Assembly (NCBI GenBank): GCA_043732185.1
Contig: JAYTHY010000088.1
Location: forward strand, 3,410-67,409
DNA length: 64,000 bases
DNA from: Fibrobacteria bacterium
GTDB taxonomy: Bacteria > Fibrobacterota > Fibrobacteria > UBA11236
Direction: 5' to 3'
The first letter of the stretch is position 1. Each line of letters starts with the position of its first letter. This document shows positions 17,002 through 25,969 of the stretch, in pieces. Both the position numbers and the translations under genes were made by a program. A model generated the notes under the pieces. The model was not told the DNA's origin. It saw only the letters and a program-made list of their open reading frames with translations, and made no database searches.

Positions 17002-18750
17002 GTGAGAAACCCATTCACCAAAGGCTCTTTTTTTAACCTCCGTTTTGACTCGGCTAACCGAACTTTGCCTCGCACTGCATTACGTCCCAAAATCATCACG
17101 ACCCTGAAGGGGTACAAAAAGCAAGATTTTTTCAACGATTTGATGGCCGGGTCCATTGTAGGCATTGTGGCTCTACCCCTGGCGATAGCCTTTGCAATCG
17201 CTTCCGGTGTCTCGCCAGAAAAAGGATTGGTCACGGCGGTTGTGGCAGGGTTTCTGATTTCTCTACTCAGCGGCAGCCGTGTTCAAATTGGAGGTCCAAC
17301 CGGTGCCTTTGTCGTCATTGTTTTTGGCATCATCCAGAAACACGGCGTGGATGGATTGATGTTGGCCACTATCATGGCCGGGATCATGCTGGTGCTAATG
17401 GGGCTGGCAGGCTTCGGCTCCTTCATCAAATTCATTCCACATCCAGTGACAGTGGGATTTACCAGTGGCATTGCAGTTATCATTTTCAGCTCACAGGTGC
17501 GGGATTTTTTCGGCTTAAACATGAACAACGTGCCTGCAGGTTTTTTTTCAAAATGGGCCGCTTTTGCCGGTCACGCCGCCAGTTTCAATATATGGGCATT
17601 GGCCATTGGAAGCGCGAGTTTAGTATTCATTATCTTCTGGCCTAAAGTAACTCGTAAGATACCTGGTTCACTCATAACCTTGGTCGGTGCCACCGTGTTG
17701 GTTTGGGCATTCAAGATTCCGGTGGAAACTATTGGATCGAGATTTGGTTCTGTACCGTCAAGCATTCCCTTTCCATCCCTCCCGCATTTCCAGTGGGCAG
17801 CCTTGCCAGAATTGGTACGCCCGGCTATCACAATCGCTATGCTGGCCGGCATCGAGAGCCTGTTAAGTGCAACTGTTGCGGACGGAATGATTGGCGGTCG
17901 TCACCGTTCCAACATGGAGTTGGTGGCTCAAGGCATTGGCAATATTGTTACTCCCTTGTTCGGCGGGATTCCGGCTACAGGTGCCATTGCAAGAACGGCC
18001 ACCAATGTGCGGAATGGGGGGAGGACACCCGTGGCTGGCATGGTACATTCCATAGTGCTACTGCTGATCATGCTTTTGTTTGGAAGGATGGCGGTCTTTA
18101 TCCCCTTATGTGTATTGGCTGCGATTCTGTTAATGGTCGCCTACAATATGTCCGAATGGCGGACCTTCAAAGTCTTGCTGAAAAGTCCACGTACTGATGT
18201 TATTGTTCTGCTCGCTACTTTCTTGCTTACAGTTATTGTTGACTTAACCGTTGCCATTGAAGTGGGGATGGGGCTGGCCATACTTTTCTTTATGCGCAAT
18301 ATGTCTGAATCCGTATTAGTCAGCCCCATGGGAGCCGCCGTAGCCGCGGAACAGAGGGCTAATTCGGAACCAGATGTCCTAGTCAAGGGGCAATTTCCCA
18401 AAGGGGTCGAAGTATTTGAAGTGCAAGGGCCGCTTTTCTTTGGAGCCGCACAATGCTTCGAGGAATCCATTCTTATCCAAGGTCAAGCACCCAAAACCCT
18501 GATTCTGCTCATTCAAGAGGTTCGGCATATCGATGCCACGGGCCTGCATGCGTTGGAACAAATCAGTGACCATTGTCGGTTACGCGGCACGCGTTTCTTG
18601 TTGGCGGGCGTGCATGCGCAGCCAAGGCAGGCGATGGAAAAGTCGGGGCTGGCCGAAAAAATCGGTGAAAAGGGCCTGCAGGCTTCTTTGGATTCCGCCT
18701 TGGCATTGATTGAAAGCCAGGACCATTCAGTTAAAATAAATCCAGTTTGA
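17002..18750 (+). CDS. SulP-family anion transporter with C-terminal STAS domain
   Basis: 582 aa. DLMAGSIVGIVALPLAIAFAIASGV and GIGNIVTPLFGGIPATGAIARTATN blocks, with a C-terminal STAS-like region (VFEVQGPLFFGAA...IDATGLHALEQ). The GTG start is uncertain. Confidence 0.88.
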   Translation: MRNPFTKGSFFNLRFDSANRTLPRTALRPKIITTLKGYKKQDFFNDLMAGSIVGIVALPLAIAFAIASGVSPEKGLVTAVVAGFLISLLSGSRVQIGGPTGAFVVIVFGIIQKHGVDGLMLATIMAGIMLVLMGLAGFGSFIKFIPHPVTVGFTSGIAVIIFSSQVRDFFGLNMNNVPAGFFSKWAAFAGHAASFNIWALAIGSASLVFIIFWPKVTRKIPGSLITLVGATVLVWAFKIPVETIGSRFGSVPSSIPFPSLPHFQWAALPELVRPAITIAMLAGIESLLSATVADGMIGGRHRSNMELVAQGIGNIVTPLFGGIPATGAIARTATNVRNGGRTPVAGMVHSIVLLLIMLLFGRMAVFIPLCVLAAILLMVAYNMSEWRTFKVLLKSPRTDVIVLLATFLLTVIVDLTVAIEVGMGLAILFFMRNMSESVLVSPMGAAVAAEQRANSEPDVLVKGQFPKGVEVFEVQGPLFFGAAQCFEESILIQGQAPKTLILLIQEVRHIDATGLHALEQISDHCRLRGTRFLLAGVHAQPRQAMEKSGLAEKIGEKGLQASLDSALALIESQDHSVKINPV

Positions 18751-18796
18751 AAGCCGTCTTTAAGGGACTATTTTTAATTCAGAAGTTGGATCAAGT

Positions 18797-19588
18797 ATGC
18801 TAGCAAAAACGAAGTTAAAACCCTCTTGGGACTTCACTGCCCCTGGGGTGACTTCCGCCTTCCTGGCAATTTTTGAGCGTATGCCGGATGTTTTCCTTTT
18901 TGCCAAAGATCTGGATGGTCGCTTTACCATGGCGAATTCCATTTTTGTTGAAAAGTGTGGGCTCAGGAATGAACGCGAGCTGCTGGGGCTTACTGATTTT
19001 GATGTGTTTCCCAGGCATTTAGCCGAGAAATATACCGACGATGACAAGCAGGTTTTACAACAGGGTGAAGCGCTGGTTAATATTGTTGAACTGGTTATTC
19101 ATATCGGAAAAGCTACGGACTGGTATTCGAGCACAAAAGTCCCTGTGCGAGATGCCGCGGGTCGGATCATCGGGCTGGTGGGTTTTACCAGGGACATCAA
19201 AAAAATGGAAACCGGTGCCCGCCATTTCATGGAAATGGGCGAAGTATTCGACTATGTAATGGGCCATTATACGGAAACCATCGACATGGCCAAATTGGCG
19301 TCCCTGGTATGTATTTCCGTCAGTCAATTCGAGCGGCGATTCAAGTCCTTATTTAAAATCTCGCCTTTGAAATATATCACTATGGTCCGCATTCACTCCG
19401 CGTGCCAAGCTTTGGCGGAGAGCAATGATCGCATCTCGGATATAGCCCTCAATAACGGGTTCTACGATCTCAGCCATTTCAATCGTCAGTTTAAACGCCA
19501 AATGGGCATGTCGCCAAGCGCCTACCGCAAGAAATATACTGGCGCTAAAATCGCCCCTCACCCATGGCTGATTGCCGATGGAGACTAG
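18797..19588 (+). CDS. AraC-family transcriptional regulator with N-terminal PAS-like sensor
   Basis: PAS-like block FERMPDVFLFAKDLDGRFTMAN..F....G......LLGLTDFDVFP. C-terminal AraC HTH block ISDIALNNGFYDLSHFNRQFKRQMGMSPSAYRK. Confidence 0.85.
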   Translation: MLAKTKLKPSWDFTAPGVTSAFLAIFERMPDVFLFAKDLDGRFTMANSIFVEKCGLRNERELLGLTDFDVFPRHLAEKYTDDDKQVLQQGEALVNIVELVIHIGKATDWYSSTKVPVRDAAGRIIGLVGFTRDIKKMETGARHFMEMGEVFDYVMGHYTETIDMAKLASLVCISVSQFERRFKSLFKISPLKYITMVRIHSACQALAESNDRISDIALNNGFYDLSHFNRQFKRQMGMSPSAYRKKYTGAKIAPHPWLIADGD

Positions 19589-19611
19589 CCGCGACCAAAA
19601 GAAATAATTGC

Positions 19612-20364
19612 TTACGTGCCATGGACGGCATGCGCGAACTCTTTAATCAAAGACTCATTCTGAGTGCCTTCGAAATGGTTTCCAACCACGATTACGTGGG
19701 CACCTGCTTCTACCCTTTCACGCGCCTGTTGTGGAGTGCGGATGCCGCCTCCAACAATCACTTTCAAATCCACAGCCGCGCGTACCATGGATATCATGGG
19801 CGCGGGCACGGCGTTTAAAGCACCGCTGCCGGCTTCCAGATAGATCCAGCGCTGTCCCATCAGTTCAGCAGCCATGGCATGGGCCGCGGCGATAGCGGCC
19901 TTATCGGCAGGGATGGGGCGCGTATTGCTGATGAATTCAACTGCTGTGGTGCGCCCTGATTCTATCAGCATGTAGGCCGTTGGAAAGGCTTCCATTTTAA
20001 GCCCGCGCACCAGCACGGCACCTTTCACCTGTTCGTCAATCAAATACTGGGGATTGCGTCCGCTAATGAGAGTGGTGAATAGAATAGCGTCCGGACCCGG
20101 GGTAACATGCGAGCAACCTCCGGGGAAAAGAATGATGGGGATTTGTGTTTCCTTTTTGAGACCCGCGGCAATTTTAGTGAAGTTGGGATTGCCAATGAAC
20201 GAGCCTCCCAGTAGGAGAGCGTCCGCACCCTGTTTGGCCGCCCGCAAGCCGGACTCGATAATGGATTCGGCGCTGGCAGAATCGGGATCGAGCAGTACGA
20301 AAAAAAGAGCCCGGACTTTTTCCAAAGATTGGATGAGACGCGTTTCGATTGGACCCTGAACCAT
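19612..20364 (-). CDS. geranylgeranylglyceryl / heptaprenylglyceryl phosphate synthase family protein (PcrB/GGGPS)
   Basis: FFVLLDPD...ADALLLGGS...IPIILFPG...YLEAGSGA...VIVGGGIRTPQQARERVEAGAHVIVVGN blocks. I placed the start at the ATG at 20364-20362, which overlaps the alaS TAA (20366-20364) as TAATG. The track start at 20409 would overlap alaS by 46 nt. Confidence 0.8.
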   Translation of the reverse strand: MVQGPIETRLIQSLEKVRALFFVLLDPDSASAESIIESGLRAAKQGADALLLGGSFIGNPNFTKIAAGLKKETQIPIILFPGGCSHVTPGPDAILFTTLISGRNPQYLIDEQVKGAVLVRGLKMEAFPTAYMLIESGRTTAVEFISNTRPIPADKAAIAAAHAMAAELMGQRWIYLEAGSGALNAVPAPMISMVRAAVDLKVIVGGGIRTPQQARERVEAGAHVIVVGNHFEGTQNESLIKEFAHAVHGT

Positions 20365-23111
20365 TATCCCCCCAACGTTTGCAAAGTTTGCAACATTTGA
20401 TTTAGCCATTTTTCTGCTTCGGCCAAAACTAGACCGAATTTTTCCGGACTCTTGGAACCAGCCTGGGCCCGGTCGGGCTTGCCGCCCCCGCGGGCATCAG
20501 CCACTGCACCCACTGCCTTGACCAAATCACCCGCCTTGACTTTAGCCTGGGCTTCCTTGCCGCAGACGGCATAGATGGACAGGGTGTCATGGGTCGTGTA
20601 GGTCAGCAAGGCTATGCCATTGCGTAGACACGCAGCCAAGCCTTCTATCAATGCGGCTACGTTTTCTTTCGGAACTGTTTTTTCATCAAGGTTCTCGATA
20701 AGGCAAGTGGTCCCATGGAGAAGCTTACCGTGTTCAGCCACTAACGACACGGCCTGCAAGCGTGCTTGCGCGAGCCTGAGATCGAGGACTTCCTTTTCCA
20801 GCACTTTGATGCGTGCAGCGGATTCGAGCGCTTTTTCTGCTTCCTGTCCGGGCTTGGCTTTAAAAACCTTGGAAATTTCTGCCAAGGTTTGGAATTGACT
20901 TTGCATCAATTCCAGCGCACCCAAACCGCTTATGGCTTCCACACGGCGGACTCCGGACGCAATGGAGCTTTCGGAAAGAATTTTTAGAATGCCGATTTCA
21001 CCAGTTGCCGAAGCATGGGTTCCCCCACACAGCTCCATACTGAACTCACCCATTTGAATGACGCGAACGCGGTCGCCGTACTTTTCGCCGAACAGGGCCA
21101 TCGCACCCATTTTCTTGGCCTCTTCAATGCCGTGAACGGACACATCGATGGCGCTGTTTCCCTGAATATTTAAATTGACAAGCCGTTCAACTTTGTGGAT
21201 TTCCTCTGGAGTCAAAGCTTGAAAGTGCGTGAAGTCAAAGCGGAATCCGTCCGGACCTACGCGCGAACCCTGCTGTTGAACATGGTTACCGAGTACTTGG
21301 CGCAAAGCGGCGTGCAAAAGATGTGTGGCACTATGGTTGCGCACAATTTTGAACCGGTGGGTGGCGTCTACTTCTGCTCTAAGCCCTTTCAGTGTTTCGG
21401 CACTTAGAATTCCGCCAAGCAAGTCGCATTTGTGCACAATCATATCGAATATTTTAATCGTGTCCAGTACTCTTAAATGGACCGATGGTGTGCCAGCAGG
21501 ACCGGGCTGCCCGATTAAGCTGCCTATATCGCCAACTTGACCACCCGCTTCCGCATAGAAGGGTGTGCGATCCAATACCACTAAAATCTGATCATTGACT
21601 TCGCGATAACGATGGACGTTTACTTCGGTAGCCAGAGTTGTGTAACCGACAAACTCGGTTTCAATGGACGACGACAGCAGTGTCCAGCCTTCATCGCTGG
21701 CAAAGCTCCCATCGAATTTAGCCGCCCCGCGGGCGCGTTCGCGCTGCTCTTCCATGTATTTTGTATAGCCGGCCTCGTCTATGGTCAAGCCTTTTTCTTC
21801 GGCCAGTACCCGCGTGAGATCGGTCGGGAAGCCATAGGTATCGTACAGGGTAAATACATCTGCGCCTGGAATCACCAAAGTATTGCGTCCAATGACCTCG
21901 GTGGCGATTTTCGCAAAGCGATCGAGACCGAGATCCAAGGTGCGCATAAAGCGTTCTTCCTCGGCGCGGATGACTTGTTCAATATAATCCCTACGCTGCT
22001 GCAGTTCGGGATAAGCCTGGCCCATGGTATCGGCGACGACGCTGACCAACCGGCATAAAAAGGGTTGGGTTTGACCTAAATTCCGGGCGAAGCGACTGCC
22101 TCGACGCAGAATGCGGCGGAGGACATAACCGCGGCCGTCATTGCCAGGCGTGGCTCCATCGGCAATGGCAAAGGACAAAGCGCGCACATGGTCTGCCATA
22201 ACTCGGTGCGGGGTTCCTTCCGGTCCCTGGGAATAGGCAACTCCCGAGAGTTCCGCGATGCGGGCAATAATCGGCGCGAAAACATCGGTTTCATAATTGG
22301 ACCCGGTGCCCTGGATGACGGATACAATGCGCTCAAAACCCATGCCGGTATCGACATTCTGGCTTTTGAGCGGTTTGAGCTGTCCGCCGGATAGCCGTTC
22401 GGACTGCATGAACACATTATTCCAAAGTTCAATATATCTGGCATTGGTTCCGTTGACGCCAGCCACCGGATCTTGAAATGTCTCCGCTTGTGTGGCCAAA
22501 TCACCCATGTCGAAATGGATTTCCGAACAGGGACCGCAGGGACCGACATCACCCATTTCCCAGAAATTGGATTTTTCTCCGAACCGCATAATCCGGTCAT
22601 GGGAAATATCGGTTTCGGATTTCCAAAGTCCTTCGGCCTCCTCATCATCTTTGTATACAGTTACGAACAATCGATTTTTGGGGAGCTTCCAAACCTCGGT
22701 AAGCAGCTCCCAAGACCAACGAATGGCTTCCTTTTTATAATACTCACCAAAGGACCAGTTTCCGAGCATTTCGAAAAAGGTGTGGTGGTACGTGTCCCGG
22801 CCCACTTCATCTAGATCGTTGTGCTTACCTGATACGCGGATGCATTTTTGTGAATTGACGACGCGCCGATAGCCTTCGCGATTGTCGCCGAGCAGGGCGG
22901 ATTTAAATTGATTCATACCTGCATTGATAAAAAGCAAAGTGGGATCGTCATGCGGGACCACGGGTGAAGATGGCACGTATTGGTGCCCTTTTCCGATGAA
23001 AAAATCGATAAAGCCTTGCCGGACTTCTTGGCCGGTTAAGTAAGGAATACCAAATCCTTTGGAATTGTTGAATAAGGAAGGTGAACTACTCATTTTTCGA
23101 ACTTCTTTCAT
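20364..23111 (-). CDS. alaS: alanine--tRNA ligase
   Basis: 915 aa. DDPTLLFINAGMNQFK, the WNNVFMQ block, the editing-domain HSATHLLH motif and a C-terminal DHHA1-like GGGKPDRAQAG. Confidence 0.96.
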   Translation of the reverse strand: MKEVRKMSSSPSLFNNSKGFGIPYLTGQEVRQGFIDFFIGKGHQYVPSSPVVPHDDPTLLFINAGMNQFKSALLGDNREGYRRVVNSQKCIRVSGKHNDLDEVGRDTYHHTFFEMLGNWSFGEYYKKEAIRWSWELLTEVWKLPKNRLFVTVYKDDEEAEGLWKSETDISHDRIMRFGEKSNFWEMGDVGPCGPCSEIHFDMGDLATQAETFQDPVAGVNGTNARYIELWNNVFMQSERLSGGQLKPLKSQNVDTGMGFERIVSVIQGTGSNYETDVFAPIIARIAELSGVAYSQGPEGTPHRVMADHVRALSFAIADGATPGNDGRGYVLRRILRRGSRFARNLGQTQPFLCRLVSVVADTMGQAYPELQQRRDYIEQVIRAEEERFMRTLDLGLDRFAKIATEVIGRNTLVIPGADVFTLYDTYGFPTDLTRVLAEEKGLTIDEAGYTKYMEEQRERARGAAKFDGSFASDEGWTLLSSSIETEFVGYTTLATEVNVHRYREVNDQILVVLDRTPFYAEAGGQVGDIGSLIGQPGPAGTPSVHLRVLDTIKIFDMIVHKCDLLGGILSAETLKGLRAEVDATHRFKIVRNHSATHLLHAALRQVLGNHVQQQGSRVGPDGFRFDFTHFQALTPEEIHKVERLVNLNIQGNSAIDVSVHGIEEAKKMGAMALFGEKYGDRVRVIQMGEFSMELCGGTHASATGEIGILKILSESSIASGVRRVEAISGLGALELMQSQFQTLAEISKVFKAKPGQEAEKALESAARIKVLEKEVLDLRLAQARLQAVSLVAEHGKLLHGTTCLIENLDEKTVPKENVAALIEGLAACLRNGIALLTYTTHDTLSIYAVCGKEAQAKVKAGDLVKAVGAVADARGGGKPDRAQAGSKSPEKFGLVLAEAEKWLNQMLQTLQTLGG

Positions 23112-23223
23112 CGCAATTTTCTCAAGGTACCCAATTTTCGGATACCAACCCAGGCAGACATCGGGTTTAAATGAAACAATCGGTACTCTAAAGGAGGGAA
23201 TTTAATTAAAAACCGGGGTTCGG

Positions 23224-23252
23224 TGGACAAATCAGGTGCCTACCCCTATAAT
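23224..23252 (+). promoter_or_regulatory. sigma-70-like promoter upstream of the pseudopilin operon
   Basis: TGGACA (23224-23229), a 17-nt spacer, then TATAAT (23247-23252). It lies 39 nt upstream of the GTG start at 23291. Confidence 0.45.
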
Positions 23253-23290
23253 CGACTCAAAGTTTACAACGAAATCAAGGCCTAAAGAAG

Positions 23291-24100
23291 GTGAAAAATA
23301 AAGTCAGGTCTTCCAATCTGGGCATGACTCTCATTGAGGTTGTGGTTGCTATGGTAATTGGTACTGCAATTTCTTTGCTTGCCTATCGGTTCTATCAAAA
23401 ATTTGTGCAAGGGTTGGCTCAGCAAAAACAAATATCTTCTCTCCAAGATGGCATTCGCAACGCTTCGGACTGTATCAACCGGTTCTTAATCGCTGGGGGT
23501 GTATCGGGTGATTCACTTTTTTTTGATCCGCATAAAAAATTATCAGCTGACTTTGTAAATGGAGGCCATCGCGTGTTCGATGTAAACGCGGATTCATCCA
23601 CCTTAAGCGTTTATGGAAATTTCTCTGGTAGCGCTGCCAGCCTGGTAAGTCCGGTAGTTGATAAAACAATTCGCTCGGTTAAAACCGACAAGCCCTGGCT
23701 CTTTAAGGCCGGCGGGTATGCCTATATTTATGCCGGCAGCGCCCAAGAGGTTGCCAATATTCTTTCCATATCCGATTCCACCTTAAATCTAGCCGATGAT
23801 TTTTTTGCGCCGTATCCAAAAGGCACGCTCATTTTTCCATTGGAAAGAATTAGCGTGCGCTTGGTTAACACAAAGACTCTGCGCGTTTCCAGGGAAAGTC
23901 CAAATGGAGTAGCGTCATTTGTCCGGGATTTCACGCCTACCGAGCATATCGGTGATTCTCTGAATTTTAAAGTAAAAACGGTGGATAAAAAGGCCGGCCA
24001 AATTTCGTACGCGCTCGCTTTCACGGCAAAAACAGGGGCGCCGCCGCACATGGTTTTAGCCCGCCAATCTGACCAAACTGTTTTTGTCAGAGGATTCTAA
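23291..24100 (+). CDS. prepilin-type N-terminal cleavage/methylation domain protein (PilW/minor-pilin-like pseudopilin)
   Basis: The N-terminus ...SSNLG|MTLIEVVVAMVIGTAISLLAY fits the G-[FM]-T-L-I-E class III signal. 269 aa. The stop overlaps the next start (TAATG). Confidence 0.75.
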   Translation: MKNKVRSSNLGMTLIEVVVAMVIGTAISLLAYRFYQKFVQGLAQQKQISSLQDGIRNASDCINRFLIAGGVSGDSLFFDPHKKLSADFVNGGHRVFDVNADSSTLSVYGNFSGSAASLVSPVVDKTIRSVKTDKPWLFKAGGYAYIYAGSAQEVANILSISDSTLNLADDFFAPYPKGTLIFPLERISVRLVNTKTLRVSRESPNGVASFVRDFTPTEHIGDSLNFKVKTVDKKAGQISYALAFTAKTGAPPHMVLARQSDQTVFVRGF

Positions 24101-25929
24101 TGAATCCAAAGACGCAATTGAGGACAAACGAGACAGAAAACCAAAAGGGTGCGGTGCTATTTGTGGTGTTGATTCTGGGCATAGTGATGGCTTTGGTTCT
24201 TTTTGTTGTGATGGGGCGTAGCGCCCGGAATAGAATTGACACCGCAAAGAATCTGAAGGGCACCCAGGAATTTTATTTGGCGGACGCGGGATTCAACTTT
24301 ATCAAGACAAAGGTCACGGCGCTTAACATTGAAGGCGGTTCCAAAAAAGTGCAGGCCTTTCTGGATGGTCAAGTGGCAAATGGTTGGCAAAAATTGGCGT
24401 TCAATACCACCGACCAGGGATATTTTCGACTACAGAAATTTAAAATCATACCTGTCCCTCTTTCCATTGAGTTTACGGTTCAAGGGGCCAAGGACCCGAC
24501 CCAATTCGCGCTCAGATGGGAAAGCGCCCAAGGGGTATTGAGAGTCCCAAGTTTGGCACGGTATGCCCGGTACGTAGAGGGCAATAGTACATTAACCTAT
24601 ACGGGCGGTACCACCGTGGACGGGGAAATTTTGGTGGCCGGCGACATAAATCTTTCCAGCTCTACAGTTAAATTCACCCGCTTAGTGGGTACAGGTTCTG
24701 ACATTATCAACCCGAATTTTGGCCAGTATGATTTTGGATTTCGTTTGAAGCAAGTTGACATTCCCACCTTGAATAATGTGCATGTAAATGAATGGGACAA
24801 TTATATGTACGATGCCAGCAAATACACCCAAACTTTCCAATACTTTGCCAAGAACGGAGGCATCGCCTTCATGGATCAAGATGCGTCTCCCTTGAACCCG
24901 GCTTGGAACAATAAAAACACCACGGGTGCCTGCGCAGACACGGGGCCATGCGACACACTCTTTGCCGGATGTTATGATACACTTAGCGTTTCTCGCCGCA
25001 GTCCGGTGATAGTAGCCGGCAGCGCCGTTGCCGTAGATCTGTCGAGAATTGCCATAGTGGGAGATTCCGTAGTGGTTTTTGTTAGCCCCGTTGTTTACGA
25101 TGCCGGTGGGGACGGGATGGACTGGATCGCGCTTGGCCAACCGGAGCGGCGTTACTCCAGACTGCTCGCCACTTTTAAGGACAATGCCGTGCTCTATTTT
25201 CCCGGTGATATTTATTTGACGGGTCAGCTCAAAAATATTCCCATCACCGTTGCATCAGGAGACGATGTCTTTTTGTATGGAAGTTTTATCGGACCTCTCA
25301 AAAGCGAGGTGGATGCCTCCGGGATGCCGGTAACCTTGGGGGTTGTGGCTCAGGATAGGATCTATATCCATGAAAGTTCCTCCCGTGAGTTAACGATTCG
25401 CGCTGCTGTTATAGCTGAAAATGATGAACTGATTTACGATGATGCTTTAGGCGTTGCAGGCTGGCGCTATGGATATGTTTGCCACCGGGAAATCTTTGAT
25501 CCAATGAATCTGCCGGTTAAAGGCAGCCCAGTCCAGTTCTCTAAATATTTCCAGAACAATTATATCTGGGACGATGGTCGTATCAAGCAATCTGGATTTG
25601 GACGTGAGCCGGAAGAGGAATGCCGGGCGGATGGCACCTGCCCCAACAAAATCATGGAAAGCTACGGCTTCGCAGTATTAGGTTATGCACGAACCGGTGG
25701 CAGTGCATGGAAATTTAAATTTGAAGGGTCTTTAATTACGCGCAACCCAGGTTCCAAAGGCCCTAAAAATGATTGTGGCAGAGGATGGGATTGCGATACG
25801 GAACCTGGCCGCGTGACCTGGAGCTATGACGATAATTTAGGCGTTGCTTATCCTCCAAAATTTCCAGCGCCGGTGGTGGATGATCGCAATCCTTCCCAAG
25901 TTATCGGATTCAAAAGGAAAAGCTTTTGA
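24100..25929 (+). CDS. large PilX-N-terminal-like pilus-associated protein (possible tip/adhesin component)
   Basis: 609 aa. NQKGAVLFVVLILGIVMALVLFVV followed by QEFYLADAGFNF resembles the PilX N-terminal domain (no Glu5). The remainder is a long, beta-rich extracellular region ending ...AYPPKFPAP. Confidence 0.55.
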   Translation: MNPKTQLRTNETENQKGAVLFVVLILGIVMALVLFVVMGRSARNRIDTAKNLKGTQEFYLADAGFNFIKTKVTALNIEGGSKKVQAFLDGQVANGWQKLAFNTTDQGYFRLQKFKIIPVPLSIEFTVQGAKDPTQFALRWESAQGVLRVPSLARYARYVEGNSTLTYTGGTTVDGEILVAGDINLSSSTVKFTRLVGTGSDIINPNFGQYDFGFRLKQVDIPTLNNVHVNEWDNYMYDASKYTQTFQYFAKNGGIAFMDQDASPLNPAWNNKNTTGACADTGPCDTLFAGCYDTLSVSRRSPVIVAGSAVAVDLSRIAIVGDSVVVFVSPVVYDAGGDGMDWIALGQPERRYSRLLATFKDNAVLYFPGDIYLTGQLKNIPITVASGDDVFLYGSFIGPLKSEVDASGMPVTLGVVAQDRIYIHESSSRELTIRAAVIAENDELIYDDALGVAGWRYGYVCHREIFDPMNLPVKGSPVQFSKYFQNNYIWDDGRIKQSGFGREPEEECRADGTCPNKIMESYGFAVLGYARTGGSAWKFKFEGSLITRNPGSKGPKNDCGRGWDCDTEPGRVTWSYDDNLGVAYPPKFPAPVVDDRNPSQVIGFKRKSF

Positions 25930-25969
25930 ACCGCGTACAACTGCAATGGAACTTCCAAGGTGGTAGGAC

